Shown one piece after another: positions 51,943-61,629 of a stretch of 64,000 nucleotides of DNA (its first letter is position 1; the number at the start of each line of letters is the position of its first letter). Made by a program: the position numbers and the translations under genes. The notes under the pieces are model-generated. The model was given only the letters and a program-made list of their open reading frames with translations, ran no database searches and was not told the DNA's origin. Source of the DNA: Rhodothermales bacterium (lineage in GTDB: Bacteria; Bacteroidota; Rhodothermia; Rhodothermales; Bin80); assembly GCA_965207385.1 (NCBI GenBank), contig CBDBLZ010000021.1, positions 641,205 to 705,204 of the forward strand, written 5' to 3'.

Positions 51943-52182
51943 TCAGGCCCCGCCGCTCTTGATTGTCAGGAGGAAGGTGATCACGAGGCCGAACAATGCC
52001 ACACCCTCGATCAGGGCGGCGGCAATGATCATGCTTTGCCGGATATCATCGGTAGCCTCAGGCTGCCGGGCCGTGCCTTCCATGGCCGGCCCTGCAAGTC
52101 GCCCGATTCCAATGCCTGTGCCGAGGGCGATCAGCCCGGCACCCAGGCCGGCTCCGAGCCATGCCAATGCAACGGATTCCAT
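51943..52182 (-). CDS. atpE: F0F1 ATP synthase subunit c
   Basis: GAGLGAGLIALGTGIGIGRL..ARQPE..AAALIEGVALFGLV. Confidence 0.95.
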   Translation of the reverse strand: MESVALAWLGAGLGAGLIALGTGIGIGRLAGPAMEGTARQPEATDDIRQSMIIAAALIEGVALFGLVITFLLTIKSGGA

Positions 52183-52229
52183 AGTGATGGGGGGGTTTGA
52201 TGTTAGTGGACAGCGTGTGCGAAATAGCG

Positions 52230-53324
52230 CTAGGCGTGGGAGTGCTCCGGATGCGGATGCTCAGCGATAGCCATGCCGATAAACAGCGCCGAAAGAAACG
52301 TAAAGATGTAGGCCTGAATAAACGCGATCAGGATCTCCAGGAGATTCACAAATAGCGTAAACGCGATGCTTACGGGCGCAACTCCATAGCCTGCCAATGG
52401 GCCAAAGAGGTCCCCGAAGGTAAAAATCAGACCGATAAGGCTCAGGATTACCAAATGGCCCGCAGTCATGTTCGCAAACAGGCGGATGGCCAAGGCTATA
52501 GGCTTTGTGAACTGCCCCATGATCTCCGTGGGTATGAGCAAGAAACGGATAGGTACCGGGATGCCTGGCGGCCAGAAAATATGCCGCCAATGGTCTCGCG
52601 ACCCGTTAACCTGCGTCAGCACAAATGTGCACGTAGCAAGCACCGATGTCAGCATCAGATTTGATGTGGCGGTGGCGCCGAAAGGCACAAGCCCCAGGAG
52701 ATTGCAAGTCAGAATGAAGAAGAACACGGTCAGCAGGAAGGGCAAGAACGGCTTGTAGTCCTTCCCCAGCCCCGATTTGGCCACATTGTCCCGAATGAAG
52801 AGCACCAGGGTTTCGAACAGATTCTGGAACAAGCCGCGCGGTGCAGTCTCGCGCCCTATCCCTGCCTTGTAGATTTGCGCCAGATGCACAAACAGAAACA
52901 GGACGATAGACGCCCCCAGAATGGCGAATACGAGATGCTTCGTTACGGAGAAGTCTATGATAACTGCGCCCGAGGTTGCCAAAAGATGCGCATCCAGATG
53001 AGCGCCGGAGGCAATGAGATCTTCCGCGGCGTCGCCCAGGTGGCCAGCGGACTGGTCGTCCTGAGCGTGGCCATCGGCAGAAAAACTGCCGGACCGGAGC
53101 GCCGCTGCCGTGCTGAAATAGGCCTTCAGACCCAGTGAGCCATCTTCGCTTCGCACAAGGAAGATTCGCGGCAGTTCAAGCTTCGCGAACGGCTCAAAAT
53201 CGAGGTAGTAGGCATCGGCCGTATGGTGCAGTGGGTCGAACTCATCCTCGGCTGCGCCGGCGAGGCTGACGGGGAGCAGGACAGCGCAGAGAACGGCGAA
53301 CGACGCCTTATCCAGAATTCTCAT
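52230..53324 (-). CDS. atpB: F0F1 ATP synthase subunit a
   Basis: ..LAIRLFANMTAGHLVIL.. carries the conserved Arg region. Start set at MRILDKASF; the ORF extends to 53366. Confidence 0.9.
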   Translation of the reverse strand: MRILDKASFAVLCAVLLPVSLAGAAEDEFDPLHHTADAYYLDFEPFAKLELPRIFLVRSEDGSLGLKAYFSTAAALRSGSFSADGHAQDDQSAGHLGDAAEDLIASGAHLDAHLLATSGAVIIDFSVTKHLVFAILGASIVLFLFVHLAQIYKAGIGRETAPRGLFQNLFETLVLFIRDNVAKSGLGKDYKPFLPFLLTVFFFILTCNLLGLVPFGATATSNLMLTSVLATCTFVLTQVNGSRDHWRHIFWPPGIPVPIRFLLIPTEIMGQFTKPIALAIRLFANMTAGHLVILSLIGLIFTFGDLFGPLAGYGVAPVSIAFTLFVNLLEILIAFIQAYIFTFLSALFIGMAIAEHPHPEHSHA

Positions 53325-53622
53325 TCTTGCGAACTGCGAGCCATCGGATTTCCAATCCGATACCAATTACCAGGAACACCAGAAAGGCGCTCAGAAATGG
53401 TATCCTTTGCACGGGCAACAAGAGGACAATGGCGGCAATTGCCCCGAGGGCGACCACCATGCGTCCGAGCATGCCTCCAAACACTAAGATCATAAACACG
53501 CGCTGGTTCTGATGCAGCGCTGACTTGGTCACCAACATGCTTGAGGCTACGTAAAGAAGACCCAAGGCACATCCGGCGCCTACGCTCCCCCACCACGTTG
53601 CAAGTCCCATCATGCGGGCCAA
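53308..53622 (-). CDS. small membrane protein, AtpI-like (position-based)
   Basis: A 104-aa protein with 3-4 hydrophobic segments, lying immediately upstream of and overlapping atpB. Confidence 0.45.
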   Translation of the reverse strand: MARMMGLATWWGSVGAGCALGLLYVASSMLVTKSALHQNQRVFMILVFGGMLGRMVVALGAIAAIVLLLPVQRIPFLSAFLVFLVIGIGLEIRWLAVRKNENSG

Positions 53623-53702
53623 TCAAACACGCCAGCGCCAATCGGGAGCCGGCCCGGCCGACAATCAGGGGTGAATTCTATGTGAATGAAGCCGGGACGG
53701 GA

Positions 53703-53939
53703 CTACTTGCGGTCAGAGCGAAACACTCCTGCGACATACAGCAGACGCACGAGAACAAAGACGATGCCGGAGAATGCTCCGCTTACCAGCATCCAAGGCT
53801 CCGTTCCCAGCCTACGATCTGCCAATAACCCGGCTGCGACACAGATTATCATGGTCATGGCCACCTGAATGCCAAGACTGACGTGCCGCGAGGCCGCCAA
53901 CGAGATTACACGTCCTTTTCTGGAACTGCGTTGATGCAC
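53703..53939 (-). CDS. AtpZ/AtpI family protein
   Basis: LGIQVAMTMIICVAAGLLADRRLGTEPWMLVSGAFSGIVFVLVRLL is a two-TM hairpin typical of AtpZ. Confidence 0.6.
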   Translation of the reverse strand: MHQRSSRKGRVISLAASRHVSLGIQVAMTMIICVAAGLLADRRLGTEPWMLVSGAFSGIVFVLVRLLYVAGVFRSDRK

Positions 53940-53945
53940 CGAGGG

Positions 53946-54440
53946 CTACGAAGCTGCAGCCCTGGATACGTCATGGCGCAGCATGTCCAATTGCGCCACG
54001 GTTCCGCTTTCGTTGGATTCGGCCTCCCTCTTGACGATCTGGCCGCTGTGTCCCATTTGACACTCTCCATTGAACGTGGCCCCTTCTTCCACGATGAGCC
54101 TCGAAGACTTGATGGTCCCCTCGACAACAGCCGAGCTGGACAGAAACACCCGCTCTGAAACGATCAGGTTTCCTTCCACACGCCCGGCAATCTTGGCATG
54201 ATCGCTCTGAACTTCACCGTCGATGCTCCCCTCGCTGGCCACGATACAGCAACCCTTGATCCGCAGCTGACCACTCACACGGCCCGAAACTCGAATATCC
54301 GATTCCGCAGAAATGATGCCTTCGATCTGCGTGCCCTCGGCTATAATGTTCACTTTCGGGGATGCGGTTGCCGAAGTATGTCTTTCAGCCATGGGATCCG
54401 CATCTGCGCTGTTTCCAAAGAGGGCCATCGGAGTGCTCAT
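53946..54440 (-). CDS. bactofilin (polymer-forming cytoskeletal protein)
   Basis: Repetitive beta-helix pattern IIAEGTQIEGIISAESDIRVSGRVSGQLRIKGCCIVASEGSIDGEVQSDHAKIAGRVEGNLIVSERV..VEGTIKSSRLIVEEGATFNGEC. Confidence 0.85.
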   Translation of the reverse strand: MSTPMALFGNSADADPMAERHTSATASPKVNIIAEGTQIEGIISAESDIRVSGRVSGQLRIKGCCIVASEGSIDGEVQSDHAKIAGRVEGNLIVSERVFLSSSAVVEGTIKSSRLIVEEGATFNGECQMGHSGQIVKREAESNESGTVAQLDMLRHDVSRAAAS

Positions 54441-54557
54441 CAGGTTTGTAAGTGTGTACGCCGCAAAATGGGGAGTGTTGCTGGGCTACCCTGCCACGGA
54501 TTGGAAGGTTCTCTGGCGTAGCGTATCCGGAATGTAGAGCGTACTTGCGACAATTTC

Positions 54558-55034
54558 CTACAAGTCCAGCAGGTAAAGGCTCGGATCTTGCGCAAGGCCG
54601 TTGTTCCAGATCTCCAGATGCAGGTGCGGGCCGGAAGAATACTCTCCCGTATCGCCGCTCGTGGCAATCGCTTCCCTTTGTCTGACCCGATCTCCTACAC
54701 GCTTTAGCAGCCGCTGGTTGTGCTTGTAGACCGACACGAAGCCATCCGCGTGCTGGACGGCGATTTCATAACCACCAGTCTGGCTCCAGTCCGCAAACAC
54801 TACATAGCCGTCTCCGATCGCGCGCACCGGCGTCCCCAGGCTTGTTGCAATGTCAATGCCGAAGTGTCCGGCTCGAGCGTCGAATCCCCGCGCCAGAAAG
54901 CCGCTCACCGGTGCCAGCGTTGGAAATTCAAGGCTGGTAAGGTATTGTCGGCTATCCGGCACCAGGAGGTCGGGAGATTCGGTCGCGGCGGGCATCTGCG
55001 ATACGGTCAGGCCGGCTGCTCGTGGTCCGGCCAA
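54558..55034 (-). CDS. M23 peptidase catalytic domain (C-terminal fragment/ORF)
   Basis: HFGIDIATSLGTPVRAIGDGYVVFA..SGPHLHLEIW. No signal peptide of its own. Overlaps the upstream ORF by 28 nt in a different frame. Confidence 0.8.
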   Translation of the reverse strand: MAGPRAAGLTVSQMPAATESPDLLVPDSRQYLTSLEFPTLAPVSGFLARGFDARAGHFGIDIATSLGTPVRAIGDGYVVFADWSQTGGYEIAVQHADGFVSVYKHNQRLLKRVGDRVRQREAIATSGDTGEYSSGPHLHLEIWNNGLAQDPSLYLLDL

Positions 55035-55546
55035 TTCTCGGATACCGAAACGGCGAAATTCTGGTCAAAGCCGGTGTCAGGCGCCTGCGGGCCATCGGCC
55101 TCGGGTTGCTGCGCCTGCTGCTCGCCGGTAAGCAGCACGCGCAGCTGTGCCAAGTATTGCTCTTGCACGGCGAGGGAATCTTCGAGAGCCGACAGCCTCA
55201 TTTCCGTTAGCGCAGCCATGCGCCGTGCATCCGATGTATAGCGCCCCGGCACCAACGCTCTCATCGGCGTATATGCCAGGAGAACGAATACGATGGCAAA
55301 GTACAGGACAAGGAATATTCCCAGTGCGACGCGCACATGATTGGGCTGGACCTGGTATAGCCGGGACTGGGCGGTCGGATCATCGTCCACGACAATGATT
55401 GTGCGCGCGGATTCCGTACGGTCCACAAGGTCGCGGGCAAATTGCCAGTTGTGGACCAAAAGCCTGATAATGGAGCCGAACACGTGTTGGTGGTTCAAGG
55501 TTGTCGCGCAGACCTGGCGCCTGGAGTGGCAGCCTGGGCCACCCAC
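55007..55546 (-). CDS. membrane-anchored coiled-coil ORF, probable N-terminal part of the M23 peptidase
   Basis: TM VALGIFLVLYFAIVFVLLAY, followed by a coiled-coil-like LSALEDSLAVQEQYLAQLRVLL. This is the usual N-terminal architecture of bactofilin-linked M23 proteins. Confidence 0.5.
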   Translation of the reverse strand: MGGPGCHSRRQVCATTLNHQHVFGSIIRLLVHNWQFARDLVDRTESARTIIVVDDDPTAQSRLYQVQPNHVRVALGIFLVLYFAIVFVLLAYTPMRALVPGRYTSDARRMAALTEMRLSALEDSLAVQEQYLAQLRVLLTGEQQAQQPEADGPQAPDTGFDQNFAVSVSENWPDHEQPA

Positions 55547-55571
55547 GGAGGGTCGACGCCAGTCCGTGTGC

Positions 55572-55850
55572 CTAGCAGAATTTAATGGCCCTGACGCTCT
55601 CCGATCCGAGCTCGCTGTTTAGCCGACATAGCCATTCGCTGCGGCGCATGTGCAACTCCTGGCGCCAGATTGCAGATGAAAGCCGCACGTGAAGCGTACC
55701 GCGCTTGACCCAGGTTTGGTCCGTCACACTGTTGATGCTGGCCCCTGCAATAGCAGACCACGCGTTGACTATGCGGACTTCCTCGATTCCCTTGCGCAAT
55801 CCGAGGTGATCGATCGCTGCGCGGATCGCGGTGCCAATGTGTTGCGCCAT
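55572..55850 (-). CDS. DUF721 (DciA-like) protein
   Basis: IVNAWSAIAG..VKRGTLHVRLSSAIWRQELHMRRSEWLCRLN is the typical DUF721 core. Confidence 0.7.
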   Translation of the reverse strand: MAQHIGTAIRAAIDHLGLRKGIEEVRIVNAWSAIAGASINSVTDQTWVKRGTLHVRLSSAIWRQELHMRRSEWLCRLNSELGSESVRAIKFC

Positions 55851-55951
55851 ACTCTATGTCCGGGTCATCAATTGCAAACCCAATTTCGTTAAGATTCTGG
55901 CGCGCATCAACCTGTCCAAACCGCCCCCAGGCTTGGGCGTTCACGAACCCC

Positions 55952-56947
55952 ATGGGTAGTACGGTACAGGCTCCTTGCGGGCGCTACGCTCCATCACCTA
56001 CCGGTCCATTGCATGTCGGCGGGGCGAGGACTGCGCTTGCAGCGTGGTTGTCTGTACGTGCAGCGGGAGGCACCTTCCTCTTGCGGATGGAAGACCTGGA
56101 CAGCCTCCGAACGGTTCCGGGAATGGCTGAAGACATCTTGGAGGACCTTGCGTGGCTGGGTATCGACTGGGACGCTGGTCCTGATACGGACGCGTCCTTC
56201 GTTCAGTCCCGGCGAGCAAGGATGTATGAGGAAGCCCTTTCGTCCTTGTGGGCACAAGGCAGACTCTTTCCCTGCACACATTCTCGCAAGGACTTGCGCC
56301 GCCTGGCGACGGCTCCCCACGGAAGCCCGCTCAGTCCACCATATCCGGCCGCACTGCGTCCGCGGCGACTTGCGCCCGACTGGTTCAGGCATTACCAGGA
56401 CGGCCAGACATCCCTTCGATTCAAGGTGTCCAGCAATCCTGTCATGTTTGTGGACCGCGTGCACGGCACGGTGTGCGAATACGTCTCGGAGTCTGTGGGA
56501 GACTTTGTCGTCAAGCGGCGTGACGGCGTATACGCCTATCAACTGGCAGTCGTGGTCGATGACCTTAAGATGGGAATTACCGAAGTGGTGCGAGGCCACG
56601 ATCTCATCACTTCGACGGCCCGGCAGATCCAGCTCATCAAGGCGCTAGGCAGCGCACAACCCGCCTATGCCCACGTCCCACTGGTCGTGGCGCCTGACGG
56701 CACTAAGCTCTCCAAGCGGCACGGCAGCCTTGCCATACGGGCGCTGCGTGCGGAAGGTGTGCGCGCCGGTGACTTGGTCGGCTATCTGGCGTATTCACTA
56801 GGGCTGCGCGCTGAGCCATCGTTCTGTCGTACAGCTGATCTGGTGGCCGAGTTTTCCTGGCAGCGCGTGCGCAAGGACCCCTGGGTGCTTCCAGACGGTA
56901 CTTTCGCCCGGGAGGGTGTCACGCGGCACCGTGTTACTTCGGCGTGA
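55952..56947 (+). CDS. gluQ: tRNA glutamyl-Q(34) synthetase
   Basis: From ATG at 55952: GRYAPSPTGPLHVGGARTALAAWL..LLRMEDLD..KLSKRHGS. Truncated GluRS-like length. Confidence 0.85.
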   Translation: MGSTVQAPCGRYAPSPTGPLHVGGARTALAAWLSVRAAGGTFLLRMEDLDSLRTVPGMAEDILEDLAWLGIDWDAGPDTDASFVQSRRARMYEEALSSLWAQGRLFPCTHSRKDLRRLATAPHGSPLSPPYPAALRPRRLAPDWFRHYQDGQTSLRFKVSSNPVMFVDRVHGTVCEYVSESVGDFVVKRRDGVYAYQLAVVVDDLKMGITEVVRGHDLITSTARQIQLIKALGSAQPAYAHVPLVVAPDGTKLSKRHGSLAIRALRAEGVRAGDLVGYLAYSLGLRAEPSFCRTADLVAEFSWQRVRKDPWVLPDGTFAREGVTRHRVTSA

Positions 56948-56979
56948 GCGGTCGCGACATTCGGATGAGAGGCACTTGA

Positions 56980-58371
56980 ATGGATATTCGACTGGTCAGC
57001 ATATTTGCAGCAGGGCTCCTGTTGCCGACCGCAAGCGAGCTGGCAGCTCAGGATACCCTCCATGTGGGGCTTCGGGATGTCATCGAGAAGGCACTTGGAG
57101 CCAGTCCGGAGGTAGGCAGCCTGCGGGCGGACCATGGCTTCGCTGAGGCGCGTAGCGAGCTGGCGCGGGCCGGACGTTTCCTGACGGAGTTCAGCAGCAG
57201 CAGCGCTCTTTCCCTTGCGCCCGGCGTGAGCAACCCCAACGGCGTAGATCCCCAGGCCCTTTATCTGGATCCAGCGGTGCGCAACGACTTTTCCAGCTTC
57301 GCACCGTTTGCATATGCAGATGTAAGCCTCGTGCAGCCGCTGTACACGTGGGGACGCTTGGGTGCGAGTCTCAATGCCGCGGCCCACGGAGCCGATGTGG
57401 CGGCGGCTGCGGTAGCCGCAAAGGAGCGCGAAGTAGCGCTGCGCGCTGCCGAACTCTATTTCAACGTGCTTCTGGCAGAAGACTTCGTGCGGCTGACCGG
57501 CCGGGCGGGAGATGTCGTCGAGCAGGCGAAAAGCGAGATCGCCCGGCTGCTGGAAGAAGGAAGTCCGGATGTTGACGAGGCCGAGCGCTACCAGGTTCTG
57601 ATAACGGAGCAGGAATTCGGTCGCCGGGTAGCAGAAGTGGCCGAGCAGCGCCAGGTTGCGTATGCCGGGCTTCGACGCCAGCTAATGCTGCAAGACTGGA
57701 TGACGCTGGTCCCCGCAGACAATGCCCTGGAGCCACTGACATTTGAATTGGACGATCTGAGCTCGTATCTGGCGGCGGCACTCGAGCGGCCGGTGGTGCA
57801 ACAGGCTCGCGCCGGTCAGGCAGCCCGCAATGCACTGGTGCGCGCGGCACGGGCAGACTATTTCCCCCAGGTGGTGCTGGTTGCCTCGGCCAGCATTAGC
57901 GGAGCGGCCGGCCGATACCGTCAGCCCAATCCGTATGTGAGCGACGGGTTTCGAGCTGCGCGTGCACGCACAGGAGTCGGCATCCGGCAGAAGCTGAACT
58001 TCGCCCAGACCCGGGCAAAGGTTGCCCAGGCTCGCGCTGAACTGGAGGCAGTCGATTACAGGCTCCAGGCGGCGGAACAGTTCGTATTGTTTGAAACTGA
58101 AGCGGCGTGGCGCGAGGTTCGAGTCAAGCAGGCCGCGCTGGTGGCCCAGGACTCTTCCTTGGCCATTACCAAGGAGTGGCTTCGCGTGGAATACATCAAT
58201 TTCGACCTGGAACTAGGCGACACGGAGAATCTGGTCAAGGCCGTTAGGGCAAACCTGGAGCTTGAAGCCCGTTACCTGGAAGCCGTACGCGATTACAACA
58301 TGGCTGTGTTCAGGCTACTGGCTGCTGCCGGGCTGCTGCGAACCGGAGGCGCCGCAATCCTGTTTGAATAG
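56980..58371 (+). CDS. TolC family outer-membrane efflux protein
   Basis: Signal MDIRLVSIFAAGLLLPTASELAAQ. Two-repeat coiled-coil/beta organisation, with YFPQV and typical TolC length. Confidence 0.8.
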   Translation: MDIRLVSIFAAGLLLPTASELAAQDTLHVGLRDVIEKALGASPEVGSLRADHGFAEARSELARAGRFLTEFSSSSALSLAPGVSNPNGVDPQALYLDPAVRNDFSSFAPFAYADVSLVQPLYTWGRLGASLNAAAHGADVAAAAVAAKEREVALRAAELYFNVLLAEDFVRLTGRAGDVVEQAKSEIARLLEEGSPDVDEAERYQVLITEQEFGRRVAEVAEQRQVAYAGLRRQLMLQDWMTLVPADNALEPLTFELDDLSSYLAAALERPVVQQARAGQAARNALVRAARADYFPQVVLVASASISGAAGRYRQPNPYVSDGFRAARARTGVGIRQKLNFAQTRAKVAQARAELEAVDYRLQAAEQFVLFETEAAWREVRVKQAALVAQDSSLAITKEWLRVEYINFDLELGDTENLVKAVRANLELEARYLEAVRDYNMAVFRLLAAAGLLRTGGAAILFE

Positions 58372-58391
58372 TCTACATGCACTAGGAAAGA

Positions 58392-59000
58392 ATGAAGTTT
58401 CCCTGTGGCCGACTGGCATTGGTCTGTGCGGCGTGTTCCATATTCACGGCCTCGGCGATGGCGCAGGGCTCTGCCAGCGAGGTTCGGCAATTCCTTGAGC
58501 AGCGAGACCTGCAGATCAAGGCCGCGATAGAATCGCTTGAGACCGAGGACTCAAGCGAAAGCCGCGAGCGTGCAGCCAAACTCATAAACGAGCGCATCGA
58601 CTTTGCTGAAATGGGCCGGCTGGCTCTGGGCCCACATTTCGTAGACCTGTCAGCAGCGGACCAGGAACGCTTTGTTTCGACTTTTGCGGCGATTGTGAGA
58701 TCGCAGGCCCTTTCAGATCTCAGCGTCTACCGTGCGAGCGTGACGTTCGATTCTGTGCGTGTAACGGGACCGACGGCCTTTGTGCGAACCCGTGCAAATG
58801 TGTCCGGGACGACGCTTGAAGTCGACTATTTGCTTCACCGCCAGGAGGATGACTGGTGGCTGTACGATATAGTTATCGACGGCGTAGGAACGGTCGACGG
58901 CTATTCCGTCTCCTTCCGGAGTTATATCCGCAAGCGCGGCTTCGAACGGTTCATGCAGAGCCTTGAGAACCGGTTGAGCAGACTGGGCCAGCAGCCCTAG
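58392..59000 (+). CDS. MlaC/Ttg2D-family phospholipid-binding protein
   Basis: Signal ..CAACSIFTASAMAQ. RIDFAEMGRLALGPHF..ERFVSTFAAIV..WWLYDIVIDGV. Confidence 0.7.
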   Translation: MKFPCGRLALVCAACSIFTASAMAQGSASEVRQFLEQRDLQIKAAIESLETEDSSESRERAAKLINERIDFAEMGRLALGPHFVDLSAADQERFVSTFAAIVRSQALSDLSVYRASVTFDSVRVTGPTAFVRTRANVSGTTLEVDYLLHRQEDDWWLYDIVIDGVGTVDGYSVSFRSYIRKRGFERFMQSLENRLSRLGQQP

Positions 59001-59062
59001 CGCAAGGGCGCCCCAGCGTAGGGGGGTGTATCTTTCTCGCGTTGCTTTCAGCCCACTAGCAC

Positions 59063-60010
59063 GTGCCGGAAGAAGGATACGTACTGCATTCGTACGGCAA
59101 TGAGGCATACCTGCGTCACGCGTTGACGTGCTTGGTGACGCTGCGGCGGCATGACAAAGATCGTCCTGTGGCCTTGTACTGCTCCGACAGGCACCGGCAT
59201 GTTCTGCGTCGACACAGGTTGCTTCGCCTTTTTAGTCTGGTCGAAGTTCTCCCGCCGGAGCATCGCTCGATCGTCGGATTCAAGCACCATCTGCACCGGT
59301 TCATGCCATTCAACCGATGTCTTTACACAGACTCCGATATGGTCTGGTGCCGAAATCCGGATCCGCTCTGGACCCAGCTCTCCGTCTATCCCTTTACAGC
59401 GACTGGCCTTGAGCGCGCCGATTTCTATTTTGGAGGGCCAAAGAGTCTGAGCGTGATCGGGGACGTGCTGCGTAACAGGCGGCAGCGCACGCTGGCAGCC
59501 TTTGGCCTCACGTACTTGCCGCGCGTACAGGCCGGCATGATATATGCCCGGGACAATGAGAGTACGCGCAGTGTTTGTGCCGAAGCGTCCAGCTTTCTCG
59601 CGCGGCACTCTGAGACCCATTTTCGTACACGGTTCAGCGAGGGTCGCGCCGAGGAATCCTGTGAATGGAGTTTGGCGATGGCCATGAGCAGGCTGTCTCT
59701 GCCGACTTATCCGTGGTACCAGGGGCTGAACAGTCCGCAACTGGACTACATTCCCGGGATGACCAAGCACACCCGGGATTTTGAGGAGGTCTCCTGCCTC
59801 TATTATTGCGACCGTTTCATCTACGAAATCAGGGGCCTGCGCAACGAGCGCATCCGCTCTTTCCTGCTAAGGGCTTTCAGCCGTCTTTTGCGGCGCAAGG
59901 ACTGGCTTCATGTTACGCCCTATGTCCTTCACTTCAGCTGGCTACACGCCAAGCGTCCATTCCACATGCTGGCGGACAGGATATGGGCTGAATTGACGGC
60001 TTCCGGGTAA
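59063..60010 (+). CDS. hypothetical protein, possible nucleotide-diphospho-sugar transferase fold
   Basis: YVLHSYGNEAYLRHALTCLVTLRRH.. and LYTDSDMVW (DxD-like) resemble GT8-type enzymes. This is a weak call. Confidence 0.35.
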   Translation: MPEEGYVLHSYGNEAYLRHALTCLVTLRRHDKDRPVALYCSDRHRHVLRRHRLLRLFSLVEVLPPEHRSIVGFKHHLHRFMPFNRCLYTDSDMVWCRNPDPLWTQLSVYPFTATGLERADFYFGGPKSLSVIGDVLRNRRQRTLAAFGLTYLPRVQAGMIYARDNESTRSVCAEASSFLARHSETHFRTRFSEGRAEESCEWSLAMAMSRLSLPTYPWYQGLNSPQLDYIPGMTKHTRDFEEVSCLYYCDRFIYEIRGLRNERIRSFLLRAFSRLLRRKDWLHVTPYVLHFSWLHAKRPFHMLADRIWAELTASG

Positions 60011-60014
60011 GGGG

Positions 60015-61619
60015 TCAACTTCTGGTGGCCAGGTGCCAGAAGAAGCCAAACTGGTTTGCCGCTTCCTGCCAGAATGCCAGGGTCAGCAGTCCGCCCAGGA
60101 GAAGAACCACGGCAGGGTTGCATACGGCCAGCACGACCAGTGTGCTTCGACGAACCGAGCAGACCGCGCCGAAATCCAGCGTTACGCGAACGATGGAAAT
60201 GAAGGCGGCAAGTATCCAGGCTGTACCTAGCACAATCATCACCGCGCCGGCCGCGGGCGGAGCCAGCGAGGGTACAACCAGGGCCAGGCAAGTCAGTATG
60301 GGCTGCGCCCAGAAGGTCCAGGTTACAATGGTCAGGGTACCCTTGAACCTGATTGGGCTGAAGGCCGCAAGACCGGCAGCCCAGATCATTGCGATAGTGG
60401 CATTGATCAGGGCCAGGAACAGCACCAGCGGCCAGATTTGCTCCAGCATGTGCGCCGCGTTCTGCTGCAATCTCTCTGGCAGCGAGGCGATCAGGAAGGT
60501 GACGGCCGGCTCATGCCCGAGCGCTTCCAGAAGAACGCTTCCGAAGACGCCGGCGCAGAGTGCCACTACCGCAAGCGCCGGAAAGGCTATCCGCAGGCGG
60601 AGCTCCCGCCCGTCACGCAGCGAGTCGCGATAGAAGCCGTGCCTGACAAAGTAGCGGCGGAGCAGGTCGCGAAAGCGGCTGGACAGGGCGAAACAGGCGG
60701 CGAGCAGTCCGATGGTGATCCATCCCATCATGAGATTCCATGGCGTTGGCACCGGTGAGCGGCGCCCCGGAGCAAACGCGAATACGGACTGGCTCCCTGT
60801 ATATATGCCGCGGACCACGTCACGCGCAGGCCGGCCTTGCCCGGTTGCGGTAACGAGGCCGAAGCTGCGGGAGGTTGCGGGATGCAGGTCTCGGTAGCGG
60901 TAAACGAATACGGCATAAGGCGTTTCGGGCCCATCCAGCAATTGATTCAGATGGGTTTCTAGATACCGGGCCTGGGCCTGCCGGGAGGAAGGCTGAAGCA
61001 GTCCCTCGGCTCGTTCTGACACGGCCGTGCCCAGTCCCGCGACGCCGGCAGGGGTATTGCGGCGCCACCGGCCCAGATAGTCCGCGGGTGCAGCGCCCGC
61101 CGGCGTGTCAATCAATACCAGATCCACTTCGCTGGAGCAAAGGTCGTCCCGGGCGAAGGGCGACCGATAGTACGAGCGCCGGCCCGGTCGCTGGTGCAGT
61201 CGATTGGTCAGGCGGGCAAAATACTCGCAACTGCGAGGAGAGCTGGTGTCGCTGAGGCTCGCAAGTCCATAGTACCTTACCGGCGATACCCTTCCAGCGT
61301 CCTGTTCCAGGATGCCATCCAGCAGAAGAAGGGCATAGCGGAGGGTGTCACTCAGGTCCGGGGCTGAAAGATGCTCCAAGGGCAGGTCCTGAAACAGCAC
61401 AAGTCCGAGCGAGTCCGCTGCGTCAAGGATTAGCCGGTCTGTCACAAGCTCTGTGCGGACGGCATTTGCGCCTAGAGCCCGGATCTCGGCGAGGTCCTTG
61501 AGGGCCTGCCCGATGTTCGCGGGCGCACTCCACACCACTCCCTTCAGCGGCGCTTGCTGCGCGACGGCACAAACTGCCAAGAGGAAGCTACCCGCGAGAA
61601 GCAGGGCCCGATGCAGCAT
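60015..61619 (-). CDS. hypothetical membrane protein (exported N-terminal domain + polytopic C-terminal half)
   Basis: Signal MLHRALLLAGSFLLAVCAVAQQ. The C-terminal roughly 250 aa have multiple hydrophobic segments. No confident family. Confidence 0.5.
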   Translation of the reverse strand: MLHRALLLAGSFLLAVCAVAQQAPLKGVVWSAPANIGQALKDLAEIRALGANAVRTELVTDRLILDAADSLGLVLFQDLPLEHLSAPDLSDTLRYALLLLDGILEQDAGRVSPVRYYGLASLSDTSSPRSCEYFARLTNRLHQRPGRRSYYRSPFARDDLCSSEVDLVLIDTPAGAAPADYLGRWRRNTPAGVAGLGTAVSERAEGLLQPSSRQAQARYLETHLNQLLDGPETPYAVFVYRYRDLHPATSRSFGLVTATGQGRPARDVVRGIYTGSQSVFAFAPGRRSPVPTPWNLMMGWITIGLLAACFALSSRFRDLLRRYFVRHGFYRDSLRDGRELRLRIAFPALAVVALCAGVFGSVLLEALGHEPAVTFLIASLPERLQQNAAHMLEQIWPLVLFLALINATIAMIWAAGLAAFSPIRFKGTLTIVTWTFWAQPILTCLALVVPSLAPPAAGAVMIVLGTAWILAAFISIVRVTLDFGAVCSVRRSTLVVLAVCNPAVVLLLGGLLTLAFWQEAANQFGFFWHLATRS

Positions 61620-61629
61620 GCGGCAAAGG

